42,442 nucleotides of DNA from Thermoproteota archaeon (GTDB lineage: Archaea; Korarchaeota; Korarchaeia; Korarchaeales; Korarchaeaceae), in the NCBI GenBank assembly GCA_027491735.1, contig JAOZGP010000032.1, positions 1-42,442 on the forward strand, written 5' to 3'. Shown piece by piece: positions 1 to 8,969 of this stretch. The translations under genes and the position numbers were made by a program. Each line of letters starts with the position of its first letter. Within the stretch, counting starts at the first letter, position 1. The notes under the pieces are model-generated. The model made no database searches. It had not been told where the DNA came from and worked only from the letters and a program-made list of their open reading frames with translations.

Positions 1-288
1 CATATTCATCGCTGAGAAGAGCCCCCTCTAGGGGGTTCTGTGAGGAGCCGGCTTGAAGAGCGCCAGCTTCAACATCAGGTGGGAATGGTTCCAGAGGGGC
101 AGCTGGTCGAGTGGATGCTGCGCCAGCGTGTGTGAACTGTGTCAAGTCCTTTTTTGGATCAAAATGGTCAGCGGAGGATTAATTTTTAATGATCGGATTT
201 ATGCTATCTTGAATCAGCTTGTTATAGCTTCCTTGCTCCCTTGAGCGAGAGTAAAGGAAGGAGTTAGTTCAAAGAGATCGAGAAGGGA

Positions 289-373
289 CGCCGGGGGTGG
301 GATTTGAACCCACGCGGCCCAACGGGCCACTGGCTCTCCAGGCCAGCCCCCTTCCGGGCTAGGGCACCCCGGC
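289..373 (-). tRNA. tRNA-Ser(GGA), long variable arm, no encoded CCA
   Basis: Reverse complement GCCGGGG...CTGGC-CTGGAGA-GCCAG...GGTTCAAATCCC...CCCCGGC-G folds as a cloverleaf with anticodon GGA and a GGCCC/GGGCC variable stem. Confidence 0.96.
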
Positions 374-460
374 ATCAGGCTAGGTTAGAACCATGTGTGA
401 TTTTAAAACTTAGCCTTTCGAACCTCATTCAGCCTAATGAAGTGGCGAGAATTGATCAAG

Positions 461-474
461 GAACAGTTTTTAAA
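461..474 (+). promoter_or_regulatory. BRE/TATA box of the rpl18e operon
   Basis: GAACAG-TTTTTAAA about 45 nt upstream of the rpl18e ATG, in the divergent gap after tRNA-Ser. Confidence 0.55.
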
Positions 475-517
475 TGGAGGGTAAGACATAACGAGGAAAG
501 TTGTGGGAGGACAACAA

Positions 518-883
518 ATGCCTCGAAGAACTGGGCCCACAAATCCTGCGCTGAGAAGACTGATAAATCACCTTGAAAAGTCTTCTAGAGAAAATAAGGC
601 TCCGGTCTGGAGAGCTGTTGCTGAGAAGCTGAAGAAGCCCACTAGGATGAGAGCTGAGGTGAATATAGGCAAGATAAACAAGCTTCATCGAGATAATCAC
701 ATACTAGTCGTTCCAGGAAAGGTCCTTGCTGGAGGAAATCTGGACAAGCCCGTTGTGGTGGCTGCGTTTAAGTTCTCAAAGCAGGCAGTTGAGAAGATAA
801 GGAAAGTGGGGGGAAAGGCGCTTAGCATAGAGCAGGTCGTCGTGGAGAACCCAAAGGGAAGGAACATCGTTATAGTAACCTGA
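518..883 (+). CDS. rpl18e: 50S ribosomal protein L18e
   Basis: MPRRTGPTNP, VNIGKIN and VVPGKVL motifs. Start moved to ATG 518, which follows a GGAGG SD. Confidence 0.96.
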   Translation: MPRRTGPTNPALRRLINHLEKSSRENKAPVWRAVAEKLKKPTRMRAEVNIGKINKLHRDNHILVVPGKVLAGGNLDKPVVVAAFKFSKQAVEKIRKVGGKALSIEQVVVENPKGRNIVIVT

Positions 884-896
884 TGGGGGTGGAAAC

Positions 897-1355
897 ATGC
901 ACTATGACATTATTGTTGATGCCAATAATAAAATCTTAGGGAGGTTGGCTAGCTATGTGGCCAAACAGCTGCTTAGAGGAATAAGAGTTGCAGTAGTCAA
1001 CGCAGAGAAGGCTGTGATATCCGGAGACCCTAATACAATAGTTACTAAATACGTAATGAGGAGGAGCATTAAAGGAAGGCCCAGACCGGAGAGGGGACCT
1101 AAATGGCCCAAGACGCCAGACAGAATAGTCTGGAAAGCCGTAAGAGGAATGCTGCCTATGAAGAAGGCTAAAGGTAGGGAAGCGCTGAGAAAACTCAGGG
1201 TGTTTATAGGAGTACCTGAGGAACTCCAGAACGTTAAGTTCCAAGAACTGGCTCCAGAGTACTCCAAGGAAAACTTAAAACCTAAGAAGAAAAGAAGGTA
1301 TATCACAGTGTATGAGCTCTCCAAGAACTTGGGTTGGAGGGGTGAGGTCACTTGA
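897..1355 (+). CDS. rpl13: 50S ribosomal protein L13
   Basis: DANNKILGRLAS, VNAEKAVISG and VRGMLP motifs; canonical L18e-L13-S9 order. Confidence 0.97.
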   Translation: MHYDIIVDANNKILGRLASYVAKQLLRGIRVAVVNAEKAVISGDPNTIVTKYVMRRSIKGRPRPERGPKWPKTPDRIVWKAVRGMLPMKKAKGREALRKLRVFIGVPEELQNVKFQELAPEYSKENLKPKKKRRYITVYELSKNLGWRGEVT

Positions 1356-1786
1356 GTGCTACTAAGATCGCTAGAAGAACTAAGAAGACTTCCCTAGCTT
1401 TTGCCTCCAGGAAGACCTCTAGAGCTACAGCTGTTGTCAAAGAAGGATTAGGAAGGCTGTACATAAATGGACTACCCTATGACGTCTACTTCCCAAACGA
1501 GTTCGTCCAAATGAAAGTTCTCGAACCTCTATGGCTTGCAGGTGAGGAGATTATCTCCAGCGTAGATATAAACGTCAAAGTTAAGGGAGGAGGATTTATG
1601 AGTCAAGCGGACGCCATTAGAATGGCAATAGGACGAGCTTTAGTTGAATATACGAGATCGGAGAAGCTGAAAAAACTTTTCAAGGAGTATGACAGAACTA
1701 TTCTTAAGGGAGATCCCAGGACTAAAGAGCCTAAGAAGTTCGGAGGTAGAGGAGCAAGGGCCAGATTCCAGAAGTCCTACAGGTGA
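1352..1786 (+). CDS. rps9: 30S ribosomal protein S9
   Basis: VKGGGFMSQADAIR and the C-terminal EPKKFGGRGARARFQKSYR. TTG start overlaps the L13 stop. Confidence 0.97.
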   Translation: MSATKIARRTKKTSLAFASRKTSRATAVVKEGLGRLYINGLPYDVYFPNEFVQMKVLEPLWLAGEEIISSVDINVKVKGGGFMSQADAIRMAIGRALVEYTRSEKLKKLFKEYDRTILKGDPRTKEPKKFGGRGARARFQKSYR

Positions 1787-1798
1787 GGAGGTGTTTCT

Positions 1799-2200
1799 AT
1801 GTCTGTTACTCATGGTACAGCTGGTGATCTTAAGAAAGGTAGCTATGTCGTTATAGATGGGGAGCCGTGTGAGGTTCTCTCTGTCTCCAAGTCCAAGCCT
1901 GGAAAGCATGGGGCTGCTAAGATAAGAGTTGATGCCAGAGGAATATTTGACGAGACGAGAAGATCTAAGATATTTCCCGCCGGAGCCTCGGTTGAGATAC
2001 CTATAGTGGATAAGAGAACGGGTCAGGTTACCTCGGTGATGAGCAGCACTGTGCAGATAATGGATCTAGAAACTTTTGATATATTTGAGATCCCACTTCC
2101 TAAGGACAAAGAGCTCGCCAACAAGCTATCTCCTGGAGTGGAGGTTGAATATTGGACCTCCATGGGGAGAAGAAAGATCGTCAGGATTAGAGGAGGATAA
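1799..2200 (+). CDS. eif5a: Translation factor aIF-5A
   Basis: Hypusine-loop motif SKPGKHGAAK. Confidence 0.97.
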   Translation: MSVTHGTAGDLKKGSYVVIDGEPCEVLSVSKSKPGKHGAAKIRVDARGIFDETRRSKIFPAGASVEIPIVDKRTGQVTSVMSSTVQIMDLETFDIFEIPLPKDKELANKLSPGVEVEYWTSMGRRKIVRIRGG

Positions 2201-2205
2201 CCCTC

Positions 2206-3516
2206 TTGATCCTAGGTTCGCTTGGGTCTAGGCTTAACAGAGCCATAAACAAGCTCTTAGGAAAACCAACTGTGGATGAAAGAGCGATAAATGAGTTTCT
2301 TCTGGAGATTCAGAGAGCTCTTTTGGAGGCAGACGTCAACGTAAAGCTTGTTCTAAAGATTAGCAGAAGAATAAAGGAGAGGGCCCTCAAAGAAAAGCTT
2401 CCCCCAACAGTTTCGAGAAAGGACTACGTCATTAAGTTGTTGTATGATGAGCTGGTTAATCTTCTTGGGGGGAAGAAACCCCTCTTCAAGATCAGAGGAA
2501 AAAGCACAAAGATTCTTCTGGTCGGTGTGGAGGGATCAGGAAAGACCACCACAGCCGCTAAACTCGCTAAGTACTTCAAGAAGAGATTTGGTAGAGTCGC
2601 TCTGATATCCTCCGATGTGATAAGGCCTGCCTCTCACATACAACTGGCCGACATGGTCCGAGAGGAGGAAATACCTGTATTTTGGAAGGAAAATGCGACG
2701 GCGGCGGAGATAATAGGAGAGGGTCTGGAGAGGTTTAAGAACTATAATGTGATCCTCATAGATACCGCTGGAAGGCATAAGGACGAGCAGGGGCTCATGA
2801 ATGAGCTGAGGGAATACTTTGAGATCACAAAACCTGATCACGTTCTACTCGTTCTGGATGCTACAATAGGTCAAGCAGCCCTCAAACAGGCCAAAGCATT
2901 TAAAGAGATGGTTCCTCTCGGAGGAGCAATCATAACGAAACTTGATGGATCAGCTAAAGGAGGAGGAGCTCTCTCAGCGGTCGCCGAAGCCGGTGTTCCA
3001 GTATATTTCGCCGGAGTTGGAGAGAAGATAGACGACCTGGAGAGATTTGACGCTGGAAAGTTCCTATCCAGGCTCATGGGGATGGGAGATCTGGAAGGTC
3101 TCATCGATAGGATAGATCATGCTATCGAGGAAAGTGAGCTCTTGGAGAAAATGAGCTCTGGCAAGTTTGATATGGACGACTTCAGGCAGTATGTAAAGGG
3201 GCTTGAAAGGATGGGTCCGCTTGATCATCTGATAAGCATGCTTCCTGGGATCAAGATTCCCAGCGATAGGATTCTGGCTGTGGGTGAGGAATCTCTGAGG
3301 AAGTGGGATGCAATAATAAACTCAATGACACCCGAGGAGAGGAGGGATCCCTCCCTTATAAGAGGAGCCAGGATAGCGAGGATAGCTAGAGGAGCAGGTG
3401 CCACCCAGGGAGATGTGAGAAACCTTCTCAGAGCATATAACCAGATGAGAGCTTTTCTCAGTGGAAAGAGAGTTCCCAGACTACTAAGAGGCCTAATGAA
3501 GAGGTATGGAATGTGA
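2206..3516 (+). CDS. srp54: Signal recognition particle protein SRP54
   Basis: GVEGSGKTTT, DTAGRH and TKLDGSAKGGG GTPase motifs; M-domain SMTPEER and RIARGAG. Confidence 0.97.
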   Translation: MILGSLGSRLNRAINKLLGKPTVDERAINEFLLEIQRALLEADVNVKLVLKISRRIKERALKEKLPPTVSRKDYVIKLLYDELVNLLGGKKPLFKIRGKSTKILLVGVEGSGKTTTAAKLAKYFKKRFGRVALISSDVIRPASHIQLADMVREEEIPVFWKENATAAEIIGEGLERFKNYNVILIDTAGRHKDEQGLMNELREYFEITKPDHVLLVLDATIGQAALKQAKAFKEMVPLGGAIITKLDGSAKGGGALSAVAEAGVPVYFAGVGEKIDDLERFDAGKFLSRLMGMGDLEGLIDRIDHAIEESELLEKMSSGKFDMDDFRQYVKGLERMGPLDHLISMLPGIKIPSDRILAVGEESLRKWDAIINSMTPEERRDPSLIRGARIARIARGAGATQGDVRNLLRAYNQMRAFLSGKRVPRLLRGLMKRYGM

Positions 3517-4694
3517 ACAGTCCGACGAAGCCGTTCTTTTTGGAAGAGAAGTTCTGTAGCTTCTGTCTTGGTAGTCTCATGGGTGCTCCAACCAAGATGC
3601 CTGGATGGATCCGGGGAAAAGCTCTCCTTTCGGTCTTAGGCCTAGAAGATGGGAATTGTTCATGTTGTGGGGATCTCTTTTTGTCCTCCATAGACGAAAT
3701 GCTCGAAGAAGCGCTCAAACTTATCAGAAAATATGAGTTCAGTTCGGTAAAGTCCGGCGCTGTTATCCCCCCTCTGATCATCGAGAAGTTGGATAGGTTG
3801 AGAGCTCTCCATGGACTGATGGATGCCGAATCCATTAAAGTCACTGTGACAGGATATCTGGACATGGAGCTCTTCAGGAGATTGAGGACGGACATAAGCT
3901 ACGATCCGGATGTCCTCCTACTCTTCGACTTTAAAAGAAGAAAGGTCTCTACCTGGATAAAGCCAGTGTACGTATACGGAAGATACCGAAAATTGAAGAG
4001 AGGAATCTCCCAGTCCAGATGGGTATGCTCTTGGTGTAGAGGGAGGGGTTGTGAGAGGTGTGGATATTCTGGATACAAGTACCCTCTATCCGTTGAGAGA
4101 TTAATAGGAGAGCCCATGAAGGAGATCTTCAAAGCGAGTGATTACAAGATCCACGGCGCAGGAAGAGAAGATATCGATGTCAGGATGCTGGGAAGAGGAA
4201 GACCGTTCATTATGGAGGTATTAAATCCCAGAAGAAGATCTGTAGATCTAAGAGAGTTGGAGAGAATCATAAATGAGAGAGGAGAAGGTAAAGTGGAGGT
4301 CTTGGACTTGAGGTTAACCGATAAAAAGGAGATAGTTTCCCTTAAGAGGGCTCACGCGCGGAAGATCTACAGGATCAAGGTACAGGTCGAGAACTTCACC
4401 GAGAAGGAAGCTAAGATTTTAGAGGAAAAACTCTCTGGAGCTGAGATAAGACAGAGGACGCCGATCAGGGTTTTAGGAAGAAGGGCAGATAGAATAAGAA
4501 GGAGAAAGGTTTACGAGTTTAGGGTGGAGAGGTTTGACAGGGATGGATTCACAGCAGTCTTATCATGTGATGGGGGTTTATATATTAAAGAGCTGATATC
4601 TGGAGATGAGGGAAGAACCTCACCCAGTGTGAGCGAGCTCCTGAACAAAAAGGCTAAATTTGTTGAACTGGATGTTATGGATGTCCTGATATAG
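3513..4694 (+). CDS. pus10: tRNA pseudouridine(54/55) synthase Pus10
   Basis: YGRYRKLKRGISQ, HGAGREDIDVRMLG, QRTPIRV and GGLYIKELISGD motifs. Confidence 0.95.
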   Translation: MNSPTKPFFLEEKFCSFCLGSLMGAPTKMPGWIRGKALLSVLGLEDGNCSCCGDLFLSSIDEMLEEALKLIRKYEFSSVKSGAVIPPLIIEKLDRLRALHGLMDAESIKVTVTGYLDMELFRRLRTDISYDPDVLLLFDFKRRKVSTWIKPVYVYGRYRKLKRGISQSRWVCSWCRGRGCERCGYSGYKYPLSVERLIGEPMKEIFKASDYKIHGAGREDIDVRMLGRGRPFIMEVLNPRRRSVDLRELERIINERGEGKVEVLDLRLTDKKEIVSLKRAHARKIYRIKVQVENFTEKEAKILEEKLSGAEIRQRTPIRVLGRRADRIRRRKVYEFRVERFDRDGFTAVLSCDGGLYIKELISGDEGRTSPSVSELLNKKAKFVELDVMDVLI

Positions 4695-4708
4695 TAGGGG
4701 GGTTTCCA

Positions 4709-5020
4709 TTGGGAAAAAGATCTAAAGGCTTTCTGAGTAGATCCAGAAGCTTCCTCTCCAAGACTCCGCGGGAAAGAGGCATACCTCCTATCAATAGGTT
4801 TTTGAAGGAGTTTGAAATAGGAGAAAAAGTGATAATAGATGTGGAACCCTCCATAAGGGAGGGCATGCCCCACAGGAGGTACCAAGGCAAGGTAGGAGTG
4901 GTCGTAGGCAGGAGAGGTAGGGCTTATCTTGTGGATGTAAAGGTGGGGAGAAGGAAGATCAAGCACCTAATAGTTCCTTCGATACATTTGAGAAGACACC
5001 TCTCGAGCCATCCTTCTTGA
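4709..5020 (+). CDS. rpl21e: 50S ribosomal protein L21e
   Basis: GMPHRRYQGKVG motif; conserved pus10-L21e-rpoF order. Confidence 0.96.
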   Translation: MGKRSKGFLSRSRSFLSKTPRERGIPPINRFLKEFEIGEKVIIDVEPSIREGMPHRRYQGKVGVVVGRRGRAYLVDVKVGRRKIKHLIVPSIHLRRHLSSHPS

Positions 5021-5033
5021 GGAGGGAGGCTAT

Positions 5034-5402
5034 TTGCCGAAGAAAATCAAAATGAATCCCTTGACCTTGAGCGAGGTTAAGACCCTCGTCTACGAACAGT
5101 GGAAGGGTAGACTGGAAACTATGACCTTAGAGCAGAAGAGGCTCTTCGAGTATCTAGCTAAGTTTGCAAGAGTGGAGGATGCTAAGATGGCCAGAAGAGC
5201 TGTCAAAAGACTGATGAAGGAGATTGGTCTCAAGGAGGAGGATGCTATAGTTCTAGTGAACGTGCTTCCCAAGAAAAAGGAGGAGATAACATCATACCTC
5301 TATAAGGACTATCCTCTCATGGGGGAGAAGGAGTACGAAAAAATTCTTAATATTTTAAAGGAAGTGAGAGGCTCTGGAGGAGAACGGAAGTGTGGAGATT
5401 AA
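5034..5402 (+). CDS. rpoF: RNA polymerase subunit F (Rpo4)
   Basis: LTLSEVK, EQKRLFEYLAKF and LVNVLP; sits after L21e as expected. Confidence 0.85.
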   Translation: MPKKIKMNPLTLSEVKTLVYEQWKGRLETMTLEQKRLFEYLAKFARVEDAKMARRAVKRLMKEIGLKEEDAIVLVNVLPKKKEEITSYLYKDYPLMGEKEYEKILNILKEVRGSGGERKCGD

Positions 5403-5980
5403 TTCCTCTGGGAGCTAAAAAACGACATCTCCCTCACGATGATCATGCTTATGTGCTCTCAATGGATGAGCTCAGGAGAAGAGTTCAGGTTCTGGGTGAC
5501 AGATACTTCATTTTAATGGAGTTTGCGATCCGTCCTGGTGCCAAGCTCAGTGGTAGAAAAAAGATTTACGTAGGGAAGGGGCCTAGGCATGAGGTAAGCA
5601 AGTTCATTAGGTACCTCTCCTATGAGGAGCTTAGGGAGAGCTCCAAGATCCTTTTAAGAGAGACTGTTGAGAAGATAGTTGTTGAAGGAGAAGCTTTTTT
5701 CGTCAAGTTTTTCAACGAAAGTGTGCCCTTGACCCCCAGATTACATCAACTTGAGCTTCTTCCTGGGGTCGGGAAGAGGCTTATGGAGAAGATCTTGGAG
5801 GAGCGGGCCAAGAAAAAGTTTGAGAGTTATGATGATGTGAAGACCAGGGCTGGCCTTAAAAACCCTGCTGAGTCAATATGCGGTAGAGTGATGGAGGAGC
5901 TTATGCAGGATCAGTCAGTTTACTTGTTTGTTGCTCCTAAGAAATTATTTGAGAGAGATAGAAAATTATTAGGCTATTAG
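5390..5980 (+). CDS. DUF655 family putative RNA-binding protein (HhH)
   Basis: FVKFFN and RLHQLELLPGVGK motifs; follows rpoF as in other archaea. Start position uncertain. Confidence 0.88.
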   Translation: MWRLIPLGAKKRHLPHDDHAYVLSMDELRRRVQVLGDRYFILMEFAIRPGAKLSGRKKIYVGKGPRHEVSKFIRYLSYEELRESSKILLRETVEKIVVEGEAFFVKFFNESVPLTPRLHQLELLPGVGKRLMEKILEERAKKKFESYDDVKTRAGLKNPAESICGRVMEELMQDQSVYLFVAPKKLFERDRKLLGY

Positions 5981-6712
5981 AGTCCCTCTCTCTCCATTCA
6001 AGATTCTGATCAGGTCCCCTCTCTCCTCGAACCCTGCTATAATTACTCTCACCCCTTTTCTAGCAAGTTCCTTGGCGATTGATAGCTTTTTCTTCATTCC
6101 TCCGGTCACATCGAAGGAGAGACTCTCCATCTCCGAAACTACTGCCTCACCGGATACCAACTTTCTTATAAGCCTCCCCTCATCGTTTAGAACGCCAGGA
6201 ACATCAACCAAGAAGATGGCTGTATCAAGTTCCTCTGCAAACTGTAAGGGAACATCATCTCCCGAAAATATCGCTACTCCTCTTTCCTGGTCGCAGACAA
6301 CATCGCCGTACATCACAGGAACGAGCCTCCTCTCTATCATCATCAACACAGTTTCCCTATACATGATGAATCCATCGCTCGTTCCATGCACAATGGATCT
6401 TGGTGAGATGGAGACTGCTGGCACGCCCCTCTTGATGAGTGAGCGCACCACAAGCCTGTTTAGCTCATCCACGGAGAGACATGTTTTAGAAATCCCGAGT
6501 TTGTTGTCCTTGAGTCCTTCGGATATCCCGTACTTCCTAGCCAGAGGATGTCCAAAGGATCCCGCTCCGTTGGCGAGAATTAATCTCCTCTCTCGGACAA
6601 TAGCTGCAAGATCATCGGCTATCAATTCTATCTTTTTCATGTTAGGAGCAGGGATAAGACTTCTCTTGTTTGTGATGAGCGAGCCGCCCAGCTTTATGAA
6701 GGTGAGACCCAT
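5969..6712 (-). CDS. ipk: Isopentenyl phosphate kinase (amino-acid kinase family)
   Basis: IKLGGSLIT, GAGSFGH (catalytic His), YGDVV, SGD and DVTGGM motifs. Confidence 0.88.
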   Translation of the reverse strand: MGLTFIKLGGSLITNKRSLIPAPNMKKIELIADDLAAIVRERRLILANGAGSFGHPLARKYGISEGLKDNKLGISKTCLSVDELNRLVVRSLIKRGVPAVSISPRSIVHGTSDGFIMYRETVLMMIERRLVPVMYGDVVCDQERGVAIFSGDDVPLQFAEELDTAIFLVDVPGVLNDEGRLIRKLVSGEAVVSEMESLSFDVTGGMKKKLSIAKELARKGVRVIIAGFEERGDLIRILNGERGTLIA

Positions 6713-6774
6713 AAGGTTAAACTTATGGGACCTCTAATTTAAATCGAGTATTGCCCTATGGTACGGGTGTCTCC

Positions 6775-8319
6775 ATGGAGAGAAAGGGATATGTCATAGA
6801 CGACACAGTTCTATCTTACGGACTGCTCTCTAAAACAGAGCTAAAAAATTATGACATAATAGTACCCCTCTCAACGATCAAACGCCTCGAAAAACTCGCT
6901 GAGAGAGGAGATAGAATCGCGGTAAATGGCATGAAAGAGCTCATCAGGCTCAGAAAACAACTAAAGGATCGGGTGCTTGTGGAAGAGATGAGAGGAGATG
7001 ACGTTGATTCCATTTACGAGCTTTGTAAGAAACACAACGCCACGGCCCTAACTGGAAACGCTCTTAGAGCTACAGCACTGCACTCCAGAGGAGTTAAAGT
7101 CATCTATCTCGGACCTGTGGAAAAAGAAAAGCCGTCTGTCCTTGATCTCTTCGATGAAGATACCATGAGTGTTCATCTCAAGGAAGATGCGCCGATCTAT
7201 GCTAAGAAAGGAGAGCCCGGAAACTTTAGACTGGTTAAAATAAGGGAGAATCCTCTCGGAGAGGGAGAGATTCTCAGGATGGCCTACGAGATCCTGGAAT
7301 ATGCTAGAACCAGCTCGGATGCCATGATAGAGATAAGATCAGAAGGAGCGTACCTCATACAGATAGGAGAGTATAGGGTTCTGCTGGCTTTTCCTCCTTT
7401 CTCGGATGGAATAGAGATAACAGCTGTTAGACCCATTGTCAAAGTATCCCTGGAGGACTACTCCTTGAGCGACAGGCTGATCAAAAGACTTAGGGAGAGA
7501 GCTGAAGGAATAGTCATAGCAGGTCCCCCTGGAGCAGGAAAGACCACTTTTGCCAGTGCCCTAGCCGAGTTCTATAGGAAAGATGGGAAGATTGTCAAAA
7601 CCATGGAATCCCCGAGAGATTTATTCGTCGGTCCTGAGATAACTCAGTATGGAAAGCTCGACGGCTCCTTTGAGAAGACGGCCAGCATCCTGTTACTGGT
7701 AAGACCGGACTATGTGATATTCGACGAAATGAGAGTCTCCGAGGACTTCGCTATATTCACCGACATGAGATCTGCTGGGATAGGCATGGTCGGCGTGGTC
7801 CATTGTGGAGCTCCGATAGAGGCCATACAGAGATTTATAAGAAGAGTGGACCTCGGTCTTCTTCCGCATGTGGTCGACACACTAATCTTCATAAAAGATG
7901 GGAGAGTGGAGAAGGTATACAGCCTGAAAATAGCTGTTAAGCTTCCACGTGGAATGAAGGATAGAACTCTAGCTAGGCCCGTAGTGCTGGTCACTGATTT
8001 CGAGACGGGCAAGCATGAATATGAAATCTATACCTTTGGAGATGAGATCGTGATCATGCCCGTCAAGGGGAAGGGAGAGAAGTATCTTGAAGAGGAGCAG
8101 CTCAGATTCAGTGTGATAAAGAGGAAGAACTCTGTGATCGTATCATTGGGTAGAGAGATGGCAGGAAGTGAGGTGACCCTCTACTCCGGAGAGGAGGAGC
8201 TCGTAACGACTAGAGCTGATGAGAAGGGGAGAATCGTGCTTGCCAGAAGAAGTCCTGTAGGAAGAGCTATACTAGATGCCGCCAAAAGAGGGACTCTTTC
8301 TGTCAAGGCGTCCTCTTAG
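6775..8319 (+). CDS. PIN domain + P-loop ATPase (PINA / COG1855 family)
   Basis: Degenerate N-terminal PIN domain, Walker A GPPGAGKTT, TMESPRDL, LLVRPDYVIFDEMR and GMVGVVH. Confidence 0.9.
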   Translation: MERKGYVIDDTVLSYGLLSKTELKNYDIIVPLSTIKRLEKLAERGDRIAVNGMKELIRLRKQLKDRVLVEEMRGDDVDSIYELCKKHNATALTGNALRATALHSRGVKVIYLGPVEKEKPSVLDLFDEDTMSVHLKEDAPIYAKKGEPGNFRLVKIRENPLGEGEILRMAYEILEYARTSSDAMIEIRSEGAYLIQIGEYRVLLAFPPFSDGIEITAVRPIVKVSLEDYSLSDRLIKRLRERAEGIVIAGPPGAGKTTFASALAEFYRKDGKIVKTMESPRDLFVGPEITQYGKLDGSFEKTASILLLVRPDYVIFDEMRVSEDFAIFTDMRSAGIGMVGVVHCGAPIEAIQRFIRRVDLGLLPHVVDTLIFIKDGRVEKVYSLKIAVKLPRGMKDRTLARPVVLVTDFETGKHEYEIYTFGDEIVIMPVKGKGEKYLEEEQLRFSVIKRKNSVIVSLGREMAGSEVTLYSGEEELVTTRADEKGRIVLARRSPVGRAILDAAKRGTLSVKASS

Positions 8320-8845
8320 GATCGCTGCATATCTTCTTTATTCTCTTCTCAAAGTTCAATTCATCCAAGAAAGAGAGTACAGAAGGTGGGACAAGATCTC
8401 TCCAGAGAGAATCGCCCTTTAGTATAAGGGTTCTTATCCTCGTAGCGCTGAGATCCTCCCTTCTGTAGAAGGGAATCCCTTCAACTTTAATCCCGACGGC
8501 TTGAAGGTCTCTCATGGTTTCGAAGTCATTGGAAAAAGCCATGTCTATCCTGGGAACTCTGTCAAGGACTATTTTCCCCCAGTTCTCGTTGGGACTTTCG
8601 GTATCCGGTATTGGAACTATAGATATTCTTCTTAGCGGAAAATTCTCGCCCCTCAAGGCTCTAACAATCATCTCCATTCTCTCTCCAACATCCAGTGGAT
8701 TTCTGGGTGTATGGCTGTGTTGGGAGCTTCCTATGCCTATTACCATCTCGTCGACCTTCTCGAGAACATACCTAAAACAATAGAGGTGACCGTAGTGGAG
8801 AGGTTGAAAACGACCGACCATAAGAGCTCTGGAGCACATGAACAT
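8303..8845 (-). CDS. nadM: Nicotinamide-nucleotide adenylyltransferase
   Basis: GRFQPLHYGH, GIGSSQ, NP...GER and SATRIR motifs. Confidence 0.93.
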   Translation of the reverse strand: MFMCSRALMVGRFQPLHYGHLYCFRYVLEKVDEMVIGIGSSQHSHTPRNPLDVGERMEMIVRALRGENFPLRRISIVPIPDTESPNENWGKIVLDRVPRIDMAFSNDFETMRDLQAVGIKVEGIPFYRREDLSATRIRTLILKGDSLWRDLVPPSVLSFLDELNFEKRIKKICSDPKRTP

Positions 8846-8862
8846 TCTTAGACCTCCCTAAA

Positions 8863-8919
8863 GGGGTCAGGAGAAGAGTTCAGGGCATGTCTTCCCGGAG
8901 TAACTCCTCATCATTCCCC
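8863..8919 (-). ncRNA. Candidate C/D-box sRNA or K-turn leader
   Basis: Minus strand reads GGGG-A-ATGATGA (C box)-37 nt-CTGA (D box)-CCCC, with a terminal stem. An AAAAAG-TTTAAT promoter-like motif lies about 25 nt upstream. Internal C'/D' boxes are not clear. Confidence 0.65.
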
Positions 8920-8969
8920 ACTGAGATGACCTAATTAACATTAAACTTTTTTGAAGGACATGGGAGTGA

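Noticed and set aside
304-576. ORFs overlapping tRNA genes (also 38382-38743)
   Set aside because: Explained by GC-rich tRNA sequence.
8863-8931. Fluoride riboswitch or SECIS reading of the structured segment (also considered for 19279-19321)
   Set aside because: The consensus motifs are not matched, and no in-frame TGA selenoprotein or fluoride exporter is nearby.
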